DNA of 54,684 nucleotides from an uncultured Clostridiaceae bacterium. GTDB lineage: Bacteria > Bacillota > Clostridia > Lutisporales > Lutisporaceae. The position numbers and the translations under genes are program-made. Positions 9,373 to 19,632 of this stretch are shown piece by piece. Under the pieces are notes generated by a model, which saw nothing but the letters and a program-made list of their open reading frames with translations, was not told the origin of the DNA and did no database searches. Where the stretch lies: contig CAYXAT010000001.1 of NCBI GenBank assembly GCA_964462065.1, positions 1 to 54,684 on the forward strand, given 5' to 3'. How positions within the stretch are numbered: position 1 is the stretch's first letter; the number at the start of each line of letters is the position of its first letter.

Positions 9373-10566
9373 TTATTTTATCAAGGATTCTGTATCTTTG
9401 GCTATCATTAATTCTTCATTCGTTGGAATAAGAAGTATTTTTGCCTTGGAGTCATCCGTAGAAATTATAGATTCTTTCCCTCTTATATTATTCTTATCCT
9501 TATCAATTACTAATCCTAAAAATTCAAGCCCATCACAAATACTTTCTCTCATGGTTATTGAGTTTTCTCCCAAGCCTGCAGTAAATACAACCGCATCTAT
9601 TCCACCCATAACCGCAGCATAGGAACCAATGTATTTTTTAACTTTGTGGGCGAACACCTCCAAAGAAAGAGCAGCTCTCTTATTTCCTTCCGCAGCGGCA
9701 TTTTCTATATCTCTAAAGTCACTGCTTACACCTGAAATACCTAAAACACCGGATTTTTTATTTAATACATTGTTCATCCCTGTTATATCCAAATCATCCT
9801 TTTCCATTAAGAATCCACAAATAGCCGGATCAATATCCCCGCATCTTGTACCCATAGCTAAACCTTCCAAAGGCGTGAAGCCCATACTTGTATCAACTGA
9901 TTTCCCATTTTTAACAGCTGTAATGCTGGCTCCGTTACCTAAATGGCAAGTGACTATTTTAAGTTCTTCAATATTTTTACCTAAAATTGCTGCAGCTCTC
10001 TCAGCTACATATTTATGGGATGTTCCATGGAATCCATATCTTCTCACGCCGTATTTTGTGTAATACTCATAAGGCAAAGCATATATATAAGCATAAGGAA
10101 GCATCGTTTGATGGAAAGCCGTATCAAATACTCCTACCATTTTCACGTCGGGCATCAGTTCTTTACATGCTTCGATTCCCAAGATATTGGGTGGGTTATG
10201 TAATGGTGCTAAATCAATACATTCTTTTAGTGCATTCATTACTTCATCATTTATAACAACGGAATAAGCAAACTTCTCCCCGGCATGAACGACCCTGTGA
10301 CCGACAGCACTGATTTCATCCATGCTTTTTATTACACCATACTCTTTGTTTGTTAAAGCATCAATAACTGTTTTCAGCGCTTCCTTATGACTTGGCATCT
10401 CTTCTTCAATTGTGATTTTCTTCCCGTTATTAGGTTGGTGATTCAATACAGAACCCTGAATGCCGATTCTTTCTGCTAAACCTTTTGCGATTACCTCCTG
10501 TGTCTCCATATCTATCAACTGGTACTTTAAAGATGAACTGCCACAGTTGACAACGAAAATTCTCAT
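9373..10566 (-). CDS. ackA: Acetate kinase
   Basis: 397 aa. [18 protein letters not shown]-terminus, plus HRVVHGG-like and GFHGTSH motifs. Confidence 0.96.
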   Translation of the reverse strand: MRIFVVNCGSSSLKYQLIDMETQEVIAKGLAERIGIQGSVLNHQPNNGKKITIEEEMPSHKEALKTVIDALTNKEYGVIKSMDEISAVGHRVVHAGEKFAYSVVINDEVMNALKECIDLAPLHNPPNILGIEACKELMPDVKMVGVFDTAFHQTMLPYAYIYALPYEYYTKYGVRRYGFHGTSHKYVAERAAAILGKNIEELKIVTCHLGNGASITAVKNGKSVDTSMGFTPLEGLAMGTRCGDIDPAICGFLMEKDDLDITGMNNVLNKKSGVLGISGVSSDFRDIENAAAEGNKRAALSLEVFAHKVKKYIGSYAAVMGGIDAVVFTAGLGENSITMRESICDGLEFLGLVIDKDKNNIRGKESIISTDDSKAKILLIPTNEELMIAKDTESLIK

Positions 10567-10731
10567 TTTTTAACCTCCTCTTAATGTTACAAGTTATTAA
10601 TAATGCTATTATATTTTTCTATATAAAAATACTTTTTCCTCCTTTTTGTATTTTTATTTTTACTGTGTCAAATTTTTGATATACTAAAGTAGAGTTCATT
10701 ATCTTATATATAAAAAAGGAGCAATCCAATA

Positions 10732-11994
10732 ATGAGTGTAACAGGAATTATTTCGGAATACAACCCTTTTCATAACGGACATAAATACAACTTGAAAATG
10801 GCAAGAAATAATACCGGAAGCGACTGTATTATTTCTATCATGAGCGGCAGCTTTTTACAAAGAGGTGAACCTGCTATCTTTGACAAGTGGTCCAGGGCAA
10901 AAGCAGCTGTTTCGGAAGGTGTGGATTTGGTCATTGAACTACCTGTAATCTATTCTTGCCAACCGGCCGAAAACTTTGCTTACGGTGCCGTAAAGATTCT
11001 GAACTCACTTGGTATAGTTGATTATTTATGTTTCGGCAGCGAAAGTGGAAATATAAACGAATTGATGTTGATTTCAGACACTTTATTGAATGAGCCCATA
11101 TCGTTTAAAAACAGTATTAAAAAAAGTATGAATCAAGGTATATCGTATCCAAAAGCAATCAGCGAGGCAATAAAAGACAGTCTAGGGCTTAATATTGCAT
11201 ACCCTAATAATATCTTGGGAATAGAATATCTAAAGGCAATATCAAAATTAAAAAGCGATATTAAACCGGTTACCATAAAAAGAATAAAAAATGATTACAA
11301 TGAAACCTCTATTACCGGTTCTGTTTCCAGTGCAACAGCGATAAGAGAAGAAATGAAATTAAACGGACTCAACCAAAATGTATGCCTTAATATACCCGAA
11401 AAATCATTGAAGATTATAAGTGAAAACACGAATAATAGATATGGCCCTGTTTATTTTGAAGATTTTAGCGACTTAATATTTTACCAGCTGAGAAAATCCG
11501 GTCCAGCGGAATTGTCAAAACTGCCTTATTTTAAAGAAGGAATTGAATACAGGTTAAAATCAAAAAGTAACGAAACCTCTAATCTGAATGAATTAATAGA
11601 ATCTGTAAAATCAAAAAGATACACAAGAACTTATTTGCAGCGTATTCTTTGCTATGTTTTACTGGGAATAACAAAAAGCGATGTTCTATTGTCTAAAAAC
11701 AGCAATTCGCAATCTTATGCCAGAGTCCTTGCATTTAATAAAAAGGGCAGGGAATTGCTAAGGGAAATGAAAAAGCATTCCTCATATCCAATTATCACTA
11801 AGACTTCAAATTTTAGAACCAAAGAACGCTTTGTAAACAGGATGTTGGCTTTAGATACTTTATCAACAGATATTTATAATATGGCTGTAAAAAACCCTGA
11901 TTATAAAAAGCCTAAACAGGACTATCTGAAATCTCCATATTATATCGATGATTCTGAAAACGTATGTATAAATAAGTCTGTGTTTTTAGAATAG
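10732..11994 (+). CDS. tmcAL: tRNA(Met) cytidine acetate ligase (YlbM/DUF795 nucleotidyltransferase)
   Basis: 420 aa. N-terminal GIISEYNPFHNGHKYNL (HxGH nucleotidyltransferase motif) typical of YlbM/TmcAL. AAGGAG Shine-Dalgarno site upstream. Confidence 0.88.
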   Translation: MSVTGIISEYNPFHNGHKYNLKMARNNTGSDCIISIMSGSFLQRGEPAIFDKWSRAKAAVSEGVDLVIELPVIYSCQPAENFAYGAVKILNSLGIVDYLCFGSESGNINELMLISDTLLNEPISFKNSIKKSMNQGISYPKAISEAIKDSLGLNIAYPNNILGIEYLKAISKLKSDIKPVTIKRIKNDYNETSITGSVSSATAIREEMKLNGLNQNVCLNIPEKSLKIISENTNNRYGPVYFEDFSDLIFYQLRKSGPAELSKLPYFKEGIEYRLKSKSNETSNLNELIESVKSKRYTRTYLQRILCYVLLGITKSDVLLSKNSNSQSYARVLAFNKKGRELLREMKKHSSYPIITKTSNFRTKERFVNRMLALDTLSTDIYNMAVKNPDYKKPKQDYLKSPYYIDDSENVCINKSVFLE

Positions 11995-12040
11995 TACGTA
12001 TAGATTTATATAACTTAAATATAATGTATAAAGTTTATAT

Positions 12041-13237
12041 TTGAGTGATAATATGAAGAAAAACAAATTCTTTACATTGATAAACCCTATTATTTTCCTG
12101 ACATTGGCAGTATGCATTATAATTTATCCTGAAAATGCTTTTAAATCATCCTTAGCCGGTCTGAATCTCTGGTATAATTCAGTTTGCCCGGCTCTTTTAC
12201 CTTTTTTTATATGTGTTGACATTCTGATAAGCCTTGGTGTAATAAGCTTTTTTGGCGAGATTTTCCAACCTTTAATGAGTTGTCTATTCAATATACCCGG
12301 AGAAGGCGCCTTTGCTTTTATAATGAGCATATCTTCAGGTTATCCGGTAGGAGCAAAAATAGTTTCCCATTTAAGAAAAAATAGGTCTTGTACAAAGGTG
12401 GAAGGTCAAAGAATGTTAAGCCTCTGCAGTACATCGGGCCCCCTTTTTATAATCGGTGCAGTTTCAATAGGTATTTTAAAAAACCCATATATAGCCTCGA
12501 CTCTTTTGTGCTCACATTATCTTTCCGCAATCACTATTGGCTTACTAATGAGATTTTATAAATATAATGAAAAAAGTGATAAAGAATTTTATCGTAAGAA
12601 TCCCTTCAATTCCTTATTTGAGCACTTAAGAAATAATAAAAAACCATTAGGACAAATATTTGCTGAATCTATAATAAATTCAGTGAATCTTATACTAATG
12701 GTTGGTGGATACATAATTATATTTTCTGTTTTTACAGACATCATCCGACAAACAAAAATCTTAAATCTTTTAGCGAGCTCGATTAAAATAATATTTCCAA
12801 AGATTTATATAAATCCTAATACTTTTACAGCCTTTTTTACAGGATTTTTGGAGGTTACAAACGGTGTAAAAGCCAGTGCAATTCTTGAAATATCCTGGGT
12901 AGTTAAAGCCGCATTAGTAAGCTTTTTCATTGGATTTGGAGGTTTATCCGTCAATGCTCAGGTATCCGGATTAATACATGATACTGATATAGACTTTAAG
13001 CTTTACCTAATTGTAAAAATAGTGCAAGGTGTCATTGCATCTGTTTATTCAGCTCTATTGCTAAAGTTCTCTATATTTACTCCTGTATTTAGCAACTTGC
13101 TAAAATCTGTTTATGCTAACCCTTTGCCAATTGTTATTTTGAAAACAGCCGTAAACCTATTTTTTGCATCATTTGTTTTTCTAGTTATACTAACATTTTT
13201 AATACTTCTATATAGACTGAAGAATAAAAAGGTTTAG
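12041..13237 (+). CDS. ylbJ: Sporulation integral membrane protein YlbJ family
   Basis: About 395-aa polytopic membrane protein with the YlbJ-like N-terminus (AGLNLWYNSVCPALLPFFI). The start is either TTG at 12041 or, more likely, ATG at 12053 (MKKNKFF). Confidence 0.85.
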   Translation: MSDNMKKNKFFTLINPIIFLTLAVCIIIYPENAFKSSLAGLNLWYNSVCPALLPFFICVDILISLGVISFFGEIFQPLMSCLFNIPGEGAFAFIMSISSGYPVGAKIVSHLRKNRSCTKVEGQRMLSLCSTSGPLFIIGAVSIGILKNPYIASTLLCSHYLSAITIGLLMRFYKYNEKSDKEFYRKNPFNSLFEHLRNNKKPLGQIFAESIINSVNLILMVGGYIIIFSVFTDIIRQTKILNLLASSIKIIFPKIYINPNTFTAFFTGFLEVTNGVKASAILEISWVVKAALVSFFIGFGGLSVNAQVSGLIHDTDIDFKLYLIVKIVQGVIASVYSALLLKFSIFTPVFSNLLKSVYANPLPIVILKTAVNLFFASFVFLVILTFLILLYRLKNKKV

Positions 13238-13266
13238 TTCACTTTTATTTAAGGATCAATGGTCAA

Positions 13267-13803
13267 TTATCTTTTACGATTCTTCAATTCTTCTCTGTTG
13301 TTCTTTATAATTATAGAAATATTTTCAACTCTTGTACCAAGTTCAGCAAGTAAATCATCAGCATATGCTTTTGCGCCTAATCTGATTTTTTTGGCGTCTT
13401 GTTGAGCCGACTGTATAATCTCTCTGGCTTGCTCATTTGCTTTTTTTGTTATTTCGTTTTCATCAATCATTTCTTTTATTCTTCTGTCTGCTTCTATTTT
13501 ATACATTTCTGCTTCTTTTTGCGCCTCGGTCAATATTTTTTTTCTGTCTTCCATGCTGTTATGTATTCTTTCTTCACATTCCATTTTGATGTTTTCTGCT
13601 TCCTTTTTTGCCTCTATTAATATCTTTTGTCTTTCTTCTTTAATCCATTGTGCTTGCTTTAACTCATCGGGCATTTTTATCCTGACATCTTTTATAATTT
13701 CCAATAACTCTTCTTTATTTACCATGACTTTTGAGGATAAAGGGATATTTGAAGATTTTTCAACTATATTTTCAAGAGCATCTAATAATAAAAGCACCTC
13801 CAT
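13267..13803 (-). CDS. Uncharacterised charged coiled-coil protein (ATP synthase b / V-ATPase G-like composition)
   Basis: 178 aa, very rich in Glu and Lys. Internal repeat ILIEAKKEAENIK / ILTEAQKEAEMYK / IIQSAQQDAKKIR. Lies 6 nt downstream of coaD in the same operon. Confidence 0.7.
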   Translation of the reverse strand: MEVLLLLDALENIVEKSSNIPLSSKVMVNKEELLEIIKDVRIKMPDELKQAQWIKEERQKILIEAKKEAENIKMECEERIHNSMEDRKKILTEAQKEAEMYKIEADRRIKEMIDENEITKKANEQAREIIQSAQQDAKKIRLGAKAYADDLLAELGTRVENISIIIKNNREELKNRKR

Positions 13804-13808
13804 AATTA

Positions 13809-14291
13809 CTACCTCCTATTAAACTTTTTTAAAATTTCTCTTTCAACCGAGTGTGGTATAAGTCCTTTTATGCATCCGCCAAACCTTGCAACTTCTTTAA
13901 CAAGGCTAGAGCTTAAGTAAGAGTATTCACTGTTTGTCATCATAAATATAGTTTCAATTCTCGAGTTTAATTTTCTATTCATAAGTGCCATTTGGAATTC
14001 GTATTCAAAATCCGATACAGCTCTAAGTCCTTTAACTATCGTAGTCGCTTTATTTTTCTTCATAAAATCGATTAAAAGCCCTTCAAAGCTATCTACTTCC
14101 ACATTTTCCATATGCGAACAACTTTCTTCTATCATTTTCATTCTTTCTTCCACAGTAAATAATGGTGTTTTGTTAGTATTTATCAATACACCTACAATGA
14201 GCTTGTCAAATAAATAAGATGCCCTTTCAATGATATCAAGATGTCCGTTTGTAATCGGATCGAAACTGCCGGGGTAAACACATATCCCCAT
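13809..14291 (-). CDS. coaD: Phosphopantetheine adenylyltransferase
   Basis: 160 aa. [16 protein letters not shown] (T/HxGH) motif. Confidence 0.96.
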   Translation of the reverse strand: MGICVYPGSFDPITNGHLDIIERASYLFDKLIVGVLINTNKTPLFTVEERMKMIEESCSHMENVEVDSFEGLLIDFMKKNKATTIVKGLRAVSDFEYEFQMALMNRKLNSRIETIFMMTNSEYSYLSSSLVKEVARFGGCIKGLIPHSVEREILKKFNRR

Positions 14292-14302
14292 TTTATTCCT
14301 CC

Positions 14303-14860
14303 TTATAAAGTCCGTTTAGCGTAAAATAATAATGTTGTGTTACCGTATATCTTCTTTTTAATCAATTTATAATAATCTATATAATCCTCTATCTCTCCTT
14401 TTGAGTCCTGTTCGATTATTATAACCCCCGCATCGGACAAAATATTTTTTTCATATATTTTTTTGATGGCTTCTATATAAAAACCGCTTTTATACGGCGG
14501 GTCCATAAAAATAAAATCAAACCTTTTACCTCTATCCGCCAATTTAAAAATAGCATTTAAATAGTCTGTGTTATATACCTCTACGTTTTCTAATAAACCT
14601 AAGGATTTAAGATTGTTTTTTAAAACTTTTATGCTTTCCTTTTTTGAATCTACGAAGATTACTTCCGAAGCTCCCCTGCTGTATGCTTCTATGCCTACAC
14701 CACCACTACCGGCAAACAAATCTAAAAAACTGGAACCACAGATTGTATCATGCATTATACTGAATAAAGCCTCCCTGACCCTGTCGGAAGTCGGCCTTAT
14801 GCCCGGTGCTTCTATTTTTTCAAGCTTCCTTCCCTTATAAATTCCTGAAATAATTCTCAA
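14303..14860 (-). CDS. rsmD: 16S rRNA (guanine966-N2)-methyltransferase RsmD
   Basis: [13 protein letters not shown]-terminus, [16 protein letters not shown]-binding motif, and DPPY catalytic motif. Likely TTG start at 14858-14860 with AAGGGGTG 6 nt upstream; the ORF-track GTG at 14869 is 3 codons longer. Confidence 0.92.
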   Translation of the reverse strand: MRIISGIYKGRKLEKIEAPGIRPTSDRVREALFSIMHDTICGSSFLDLFAGSGGVGIEAYSRGASEVIFVDSKKESIKVLKNNLKSLGLLENVEVYNTDYLNAIFKLADRGKRFDFIFMDPPYKSGFYIEAIKKIYEKNILSDAGVIIIEQDSKGEIEDYIDYYKLIKKKIYGNTTLLFYAKRTL

Positions 14861-15007
14861 AAAAAGCACCCCTTAGAAGAAATTATCAATCATTAATCAT
14901 TCACAATAATTGCATAAAAATTTTTAAAATGCAAAGGCTATTAGCAGGGATAGTAGTTATATACTATATTTCCCCATAGAGCTCTTCCTTCAATTTCTCC
15001 TCTCCCT

Positions 15008-15032
15008 ATACCGGTGAACAGCTCACCGGTAT
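15008..15032 (-). terminator. 10-bp hairpin directly after the recG stop; probable terminator
   Basis: ATACCGGTGA-ACAGC-TCACCGGTAT. The U-tract on the minus strand is weak. Confidence 0.45.
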
Positions 15033-15043
15033 TTAATTATGTA

Positions 15044-17107
15044 CTAGTTTAAAGCTAATTCCTGTATCATTTTTTCAAATCTGCTGTTTAATGTCGTAAT
15101 CATTTTATTATATGCCTTGTCCCCTGCATTACTTTTATTGTACATAAATTCAACGGCATTCTTTGAGGTCTTGATTATTTCGAAATCATTTAAAACATCT
15201 AATATCTTAAATTCGGGCATACCATGCTGTCTTATTCCCAAAATTTCACCGCTGCCTCTCAATTCAAGATCCTTTTCCGCTAATATAAAACCGTCATTTG
15301 TTTTTGTCATCAATTTAAGTCTTTCTACTGCTACTTCAGACCTTGAATCCGACACCAGTATGCAGTAAGACTGATGTATTCCTCTTCCTACTCGACCTCT
15401 CAATTGATGTAATTGCGCAAGCCCAAACCTTTCAGCATTTTCAATAACCATAATTGTTGCATTGGGAATGTTTATTCCAACTTCAATTACTGTTGTAGAA
15501 ACTATAATGTTAGTTTTACCGCTTTTAAAGCTTTCCATAACTTTATCTTTTTCGTCATTTTTCATTTTACCATAAAGCAGTTCTATTTTGTACTTTTTAA
15601 AGAAATTTGAACTCAAAAAATCATAATATTGTTTTGCCGATAATAATTCAAGTTTTTCATTATCCTCCACTAAAGGACAAACAAAAAAAGCTTGTCTGCC
15701 TTCATCTAACAAATTCTTAATAAATTTAAACAATCTTTCTTTTTTATCAGAACCGATATAATAAGTTTTTATTTCTTTTCTGTTTGGCGGTAATTCGTCA
15801 ATTATTGAAATATCCAAATCACCGTATATTACTAACGAAAGGGTCCTGGGAATAGGCGTAGCGGACATCACAACAATGTCCGGATTGTTACCTTTTGATT
15901 TTATTATGCTTCTTTGCCTGACTCCAAATCTATGTTGCTCATCAGTTATAACTAAACCTAAGTTTTCAAATACTACATCTTCATTTAAAAGCGAATGTGT
16001 CCCAATTATTATATCAATAGTACCGTTTTTAATTCCTTCAAGTATCTCATTCTTTCTTTTAATCCTTAAATTTCCGGTTATAAGTTCAACATTTATATTT
16101 AAATTGCTCAAAGCTATTAAATCGCGAACTGTATAGAAATGTTGTATGGCCAATATTTCTGTAGGTGCCATCATAGCGCTTTGAAATCCGCTTACCGCAC
16201 AGTTCAACATAGCTAAAAAGCTTATTATAGTCTTGCCTGAACCTACATCACCTTGGATTAATCGGTTCATCGGGCTTCGTTTGTCCATATCATCCAAAAC
16301 TTCTTCCAGAACCTTATTTTGTGCGCATGTAAGGCTATAGGGAAGCTTTTTAATAAAGTCCAAGACCATGCTCCTGCCCTTAAAAGCAATACCTTTTTCT
16401 GTTCCCCTGGCACCTTTTATATGAAATAGCGCCGTTTGAATCAAAAATATCTCTTCGAACTTAAGTCTTCTTTCGGAACTCACAAAATCATTTTTTGATT
16501 CGGGAAAATGAATGTTTTTGATTGAGTAGTTTATTTCGGCAAGATTATATTTCTTCCTAAATTCAGGAGGAAATAATTCCGGGAGCTTATTATTAATAAA
16601 TTCAAGAGCTTTATAAATTGTATTCCTCATTTCCTTTTGACTGATGCCTTTTGTAAGGGGATACTCAGGTACTATTCTCATGGTATGAATCGCATCTTTA
16701 CTAACCTTTTCATAATCCGGAACCTCTATCTGAACTGTTTTATTCATTAGTACTGCTTTTCCCGAAAAGACCACCATGTCTCCCTGCTTAAACAATGACT
16801 TTGCATATCTGTTATTATAAAAAACTATCTCAATTCTTCCGGTATCATCTTCTACGCAATACTTAGTTATTATCAGTCCTTTTCTGCTTCTTAATTCTAT
16901 AGCTTTTGAAATAATTGTGCCTTTGAAATTATAAAAGTTACCCGGGATTATTTTATTAATTTTAGTAATTTCGGTTTTGTCACTATGGCTCTTTGGAAAG
17001 TGATTAAGTATATCATAAATAGTATGAATATTAAGATTTGCAAACAATTTTGCTTTATATGGACCTATACCTTTTAAAATTTGAATATTCTCTGATAAGC
17101 ATTCCAT
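15044..17107 (-). CDS. recG: ATP-dependent DNA helicase RecG
   Basis: 687 aa. Wedge/OB N-terminal domain, Walker A GDVGSGKT, DEQHRFG box and QLRGRVGRG motif VI. Confidence 0.96.
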   Translation of the reverse strand: MECLSENIQILKGIGPYKAKLFANLNIHTIYDILNHFPKSHSDKTEITKINKIIPGNFYNFKGTIISKAIELRSRKGLIITKYCVEDDTGRIEIVFYNNRYAKSLFKQGDMVVFSGKAVLMNKTVQIEVPDYEKVSKDAIHTMRIVPEYPLTKGISQKEMRNTIYKALEFINNKLPELFPPEFRKKYNLAEINYSIKNIHFPESKNDFVSSERRLKFEEIFLIQTALFHIKGARGTEKGIAFKGRSMVLDFIKKLPYSLTCAQNKVLEEVLDDMDKRSPMNRLIQGDVGSGKTIISFLAMLNCAVSGFQSAMMAPTEILAIQHFYTVRDLIALSNLNINVELITGNLRIKRKNEILEGIKNGTIDIIIGTHSLLNEDVVFENLGLVITDEQHRFGVRQRSIIKSKGNNPDIVVMSATPIPRTLSLVIYGDLDISIIDELPPNRKEIKTYYIGSDKKERLFKFIKNLLDEGRQAFFVCPLVEDNEKLELLSAKQYYDFLSSNFFKKYKIELLYGKMKNDEKDKVMESFKSGKTNIIVSTTVIEVGINIPNATIMVIENAERFGLAQLHQLRGRVGRGIHQSYCILVSDSRSEVAVERLKLMTKTNDGFILAEKDLELRGSGEILGIRQHGMPEFKILDVLNDFEIIKTSKNAVEFMYNKSNAGDKAYNKMITTLNSRFEKMIQELALN

Positions 17108-17122
17108 TAAAACATCTCCGAC

Positions 17123-18748
17123 TTACTCAACCGAAAGTATATAGTAGTATAACGGTTGCCCGCCATAGTGTAATTCTACATCACAATTCCCGTACTTTTC
17201 TCCAATTTCACTTGCAAGAATTTCTGCGTCTTCTAATTTAATTTCATCGCCATAATATAGAGTTATAAGGGATGATTCTTCGTCTACCATTAACTCCATA
17301 ACCTCTTTAATAACTTCTGTAATATCGCTGCCAACAGCCTCTATTTCATTTTCAACTATCCCTATTATATTTCCTTCTTCTATATCAACGCCGTTAAAAT
17401 TTGAATCTCTTACAGCATAAGTTATTTGTCCGGTTTTTACATCGTTAATTGCATGCTGAATTCTTTTTTCATTATCTTCCGATGTTTTTTCTTGATCAAC
17501 AGCCATAATTCCTGAAACACCTTGAGGTATTGTTTTTGTCTGGGCTACAATGATGTTTTTGGTTGTTAAATACTTTACCTGTTTTGCGGCAAGTATTATA
17601 TTCCCGTTATTTGGTAAAACTATTATATTATCAGCATTTACTTTATTAATACTTTTTAGTATATCTTCCGTACTGGGATTCATGGTTTGTCCACCTTCAA
17701 TAACTTCATCTGCACCTAAATCTTTGAAAATATTTGTAATACCGATACCCATTGCAACGGCAACTATACCTATTTTTTTCTTAATAGCTTTTTTATCTTC
17801 TTCATTTATTAAAAGTTCGTTATGTTGCTCCCTCATGTTGTCAATCTTAATACTGGATAAATAGCCAAATTCCATACCTTTTTCTATAATCAACCCGGGA
17901 TTATTAGTATGAATATGAACTTTTATCAAATTCTCGTCTCCTACAACTATTAGCGAATCACCCATACCCATAATTGCATTTTTATAAAATTCTAGATTCA
18001 TTGATTTTCCTTTGATAAAGAATTCAGTACAATAACCATATTCTATATCCTCTTCTTCAAACCGTGCCTTTTCTATCGGAGCCTCAGTTTTACCAGGCTC
18101 TTCAGCAATCTGTATTATCTTATTAGTTGTCAGATAATACAGCATTCCGTTAAAAATATTTACCAAACCTTTTCCACCGGCATCAACTACATTTGCTTGT
18201 TTCAATACAGGCAGCATATCCGGAGTTTTATCCAAAGTTCTATTTGCCTGATTAACAACCTCTTCTAAAAAGCTTATCAAGTCAGTTGTTTTTTCAGCAA
18301 TCGTCACTCCATATTCTGCGCATTCTCTTATAACTGTCAATATAGTTCCTTCTGTAGGCCTCATGACAGCCTTATATGCAGTTTTAGAGCCCTCTAAAAG
18401 GGCATTTGCCAAAGATACGCTATTTATTTTAGCTTCTTTTTTTAATGCCTTGGCAAACCCTCTGAGTATCTGAGACAGTATTACACCTGAATTACCTCTG
18501 GCGCCCATCAGCGAGCCATTCGCAGCCAACTCGGAAATTACAGATATACTGTTATCCTTGGCATTATTTATCTCTTTCACCGCAGAACTCATAGTTAAAG
18601 ACATATTTGTTCCTGTATCCCCATCGGGCACAGGAAATACATTTAAAGAATTTACTAAGTTTTTATTATTTTCTAAATTATTAGCACCGGAAATAAACAT
18701 ATTTTTGAGGAATAAGCCATCTATTGTTCTCATTTGCTGTTCTATCAA
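17123..18748 (-). CDS. fakA: DAK2-domain protein YloV / fatty acid kinase subunit FakA
   Basis: FPVPDGDTGTNM DAK2 motif and a C-terminal DegV-like/FakA domain. Likely TTG start at 18746-18748 with AAGGAGG 8 nt upstream; the ORF-track start at 18793 overlaps yloU. Confidence 0.9.
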   Translation of the reverse strand: MIEQQMRTIDGLFLKNMFISGANNLENNKNLVNSLNVFPVPDGDTGTNMSLTMSSAVKEINNAKDNSISVISELAANGSLMGARGNSGVILSQILRGFAKALKKEAKINSVSLANALLEGSKTAYKAVMRPTEGTILTVIRECAEYGVTIAEKTTDLISFLEEVVNQANRTLDKTPDMLPVLKQANVVDAGGKGLVNIFNGMLYYLTTNKIIQIAEEPGKTEAPIEKARFEEEDIEYGYCTEFFIKGKSMNLEFYKNAIMGMGDSLIVVGDENLIKVHIHTNNPGLIIEKGMEFGYLSSIKIDNMREQHNELLINEEDKKAIKKKIGIVAVAMGIGITNIFKDLGADEVIEGGQTMNPSTEDILKSINKVNADNIIVLPNNGNIILAAKQVKYLTTKNIIVAQTKTIPQGVSGIMAVDQEKTSEDNEKRIQHAINDVKTGQITYAVRDSNFNGVDIEEGNIIGIVENEIEAVGSDITEVIKEVMELMVDEESSLITLYYGDEIKLEDAEILASEIGEKYGNCDVELHYGGQPLYYYILSVE

Positions 18749-18770
18749 ATTATGAACCTCCTTAATTAAG

Positions 18771-19121
18771 CTATACTCTAACTCCATGTACATTTATATT
18801 AACTTTTTTAACTTTTAATCCTGTTAAGTTCTCTATTGTGTATTTCACTTTACTGATTATATTATCCGCAACAACAGAAACTCTTGTTCCGAATTCTACG
18901 ATAACGTACAAATCTATAACTATTTCCTCAGCTTCTGAAGAAACTTTCACTCCTCTGCTGAGGTTCTCTCTCTTTAACAATTCAACAATCCCATCCTTTG
19001 CGCTCTTAGAAGCCATCCCGACAATTCCATAACATTCCATGGCTGCTAATCCCGCTAAAGACGCCAATACATCATCTGTTATATTTATTTCACCAAATTG
19101 GGTTTTAATTTTGCCGGACAT
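18771..19121 (-). CDS. yloU: Asp23/Gls24 family envelope stress protein (YloU)
   Basis: 116 aa. Asp23-family pattern (DDVLASLAGLAAMECYGIVGMA). Conserved pairing with yloV/fakA. Confidence 0.9.
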   Translation of the reverse strand: MSGKIKTQFGEINITDDVLASLAGLAAMECYGIVGMASKSAKDGIVELLKRENLSRGVKVSSEAEEIVIDLYVIVEFGTRVSVVADNIISKVKYTIENLTGLKVKKVNINVHGVRV

Positions 19122-19146
19122 TATATCCCCTCCCCTTTTTAAATAT

Positions 19147-19175
19147 ATTCTATATTATATGCGGATTTTCTTCAA
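19147..19175 (-). promoter_or_regulatory. Candidate sigma-A promoter for yloU-fakA-recG
   Basis: On the minus strand, TTGAAG, a 17-nt spacer, then TAGAAT, about 25 nt upstream of the GGGGAGGGG Shine-Dalgarno site. Confidence 0.45.
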
Positions 19176-19400
19176 CTTTTCTTAAATAAAAGTTTGATAT
19201 AACTGATATGAATTTTACTATACAAATATTGTTAATATTTTTTCTATGGATTATTAATATTAGCTAAAGATTACGTTGCAGAAAGTCTTAGGATCTGTTA
19301 ATGAAATGGAGGATAAGCGAAATCATTGGCGGCCACAGAAATTGTAATTAAAAAGACCCAACACTCTAACGGGGAAAATTTAATTTCGCCCGTAATAAGC

Positions 19401-19479
19401 TTACAGATTATTAGACTTTTAAACCAGGAATCGTGGCAAATATAAAAATCTATGTTAAACTTATGGTTATGTCTGTATA
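19401..19479 (+). repeat. Copy B of the 79-nt dispersed intergenic repeat
   Basis: 64/79 identity, ungapped, to 100..178. Lies in the 600-nt divergent spacer between yloU and rpmB. Confidence 0.75.
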
Positions 19480-19551
19480 ATAATAGGAGATTACATTCAT
19501 TGACTCGTATTGATAAAAAAGATAATGATAGTTGATTTTCATGCTAAACCT

Positions 19552-19592
19552 GTAAAATCCAATAATTCAGTATAGCATTCTTGGATTTTTAC
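19552..19592. other. Strong 11-bp hairpin of unknown role, about 40 nt upstream of the rpmB promoter
   Basis: GTAAAATCCAA, an 18-nt loop, then TTGGATTTTTAC (one bulged T). No U-tract on either strand. Confidence 0.5.
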
Positions 19593-19632
19593 TGACATTC
19601 TCTTAAAGTATATGTTTATTAGTCCAAATAAT

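Noticed and set aside
11996-12022. TATAGATTTATATAAC upstream of ylbJ, resembling the reverse-complement core of the dispersed repeat (TATAGATTTTTATATT).
   Set aside because: It is a short, low-complexity AT-rich match with an indel, and the flanks show no similarity to the repeat. It is probably chance.
19301-19445. A possible 41-codon ORF on the plus strand running into repeat copy B (TTG..AATEIVIKKTQHSNGENLISPVISLQIIRLLNQESWQI).
   Set aside because: The GGAGGA is 12 nt from the TTG, which is poor spacing. The corresponding frame in copy A is broken by two stops, and the sequence has no recognisable family.
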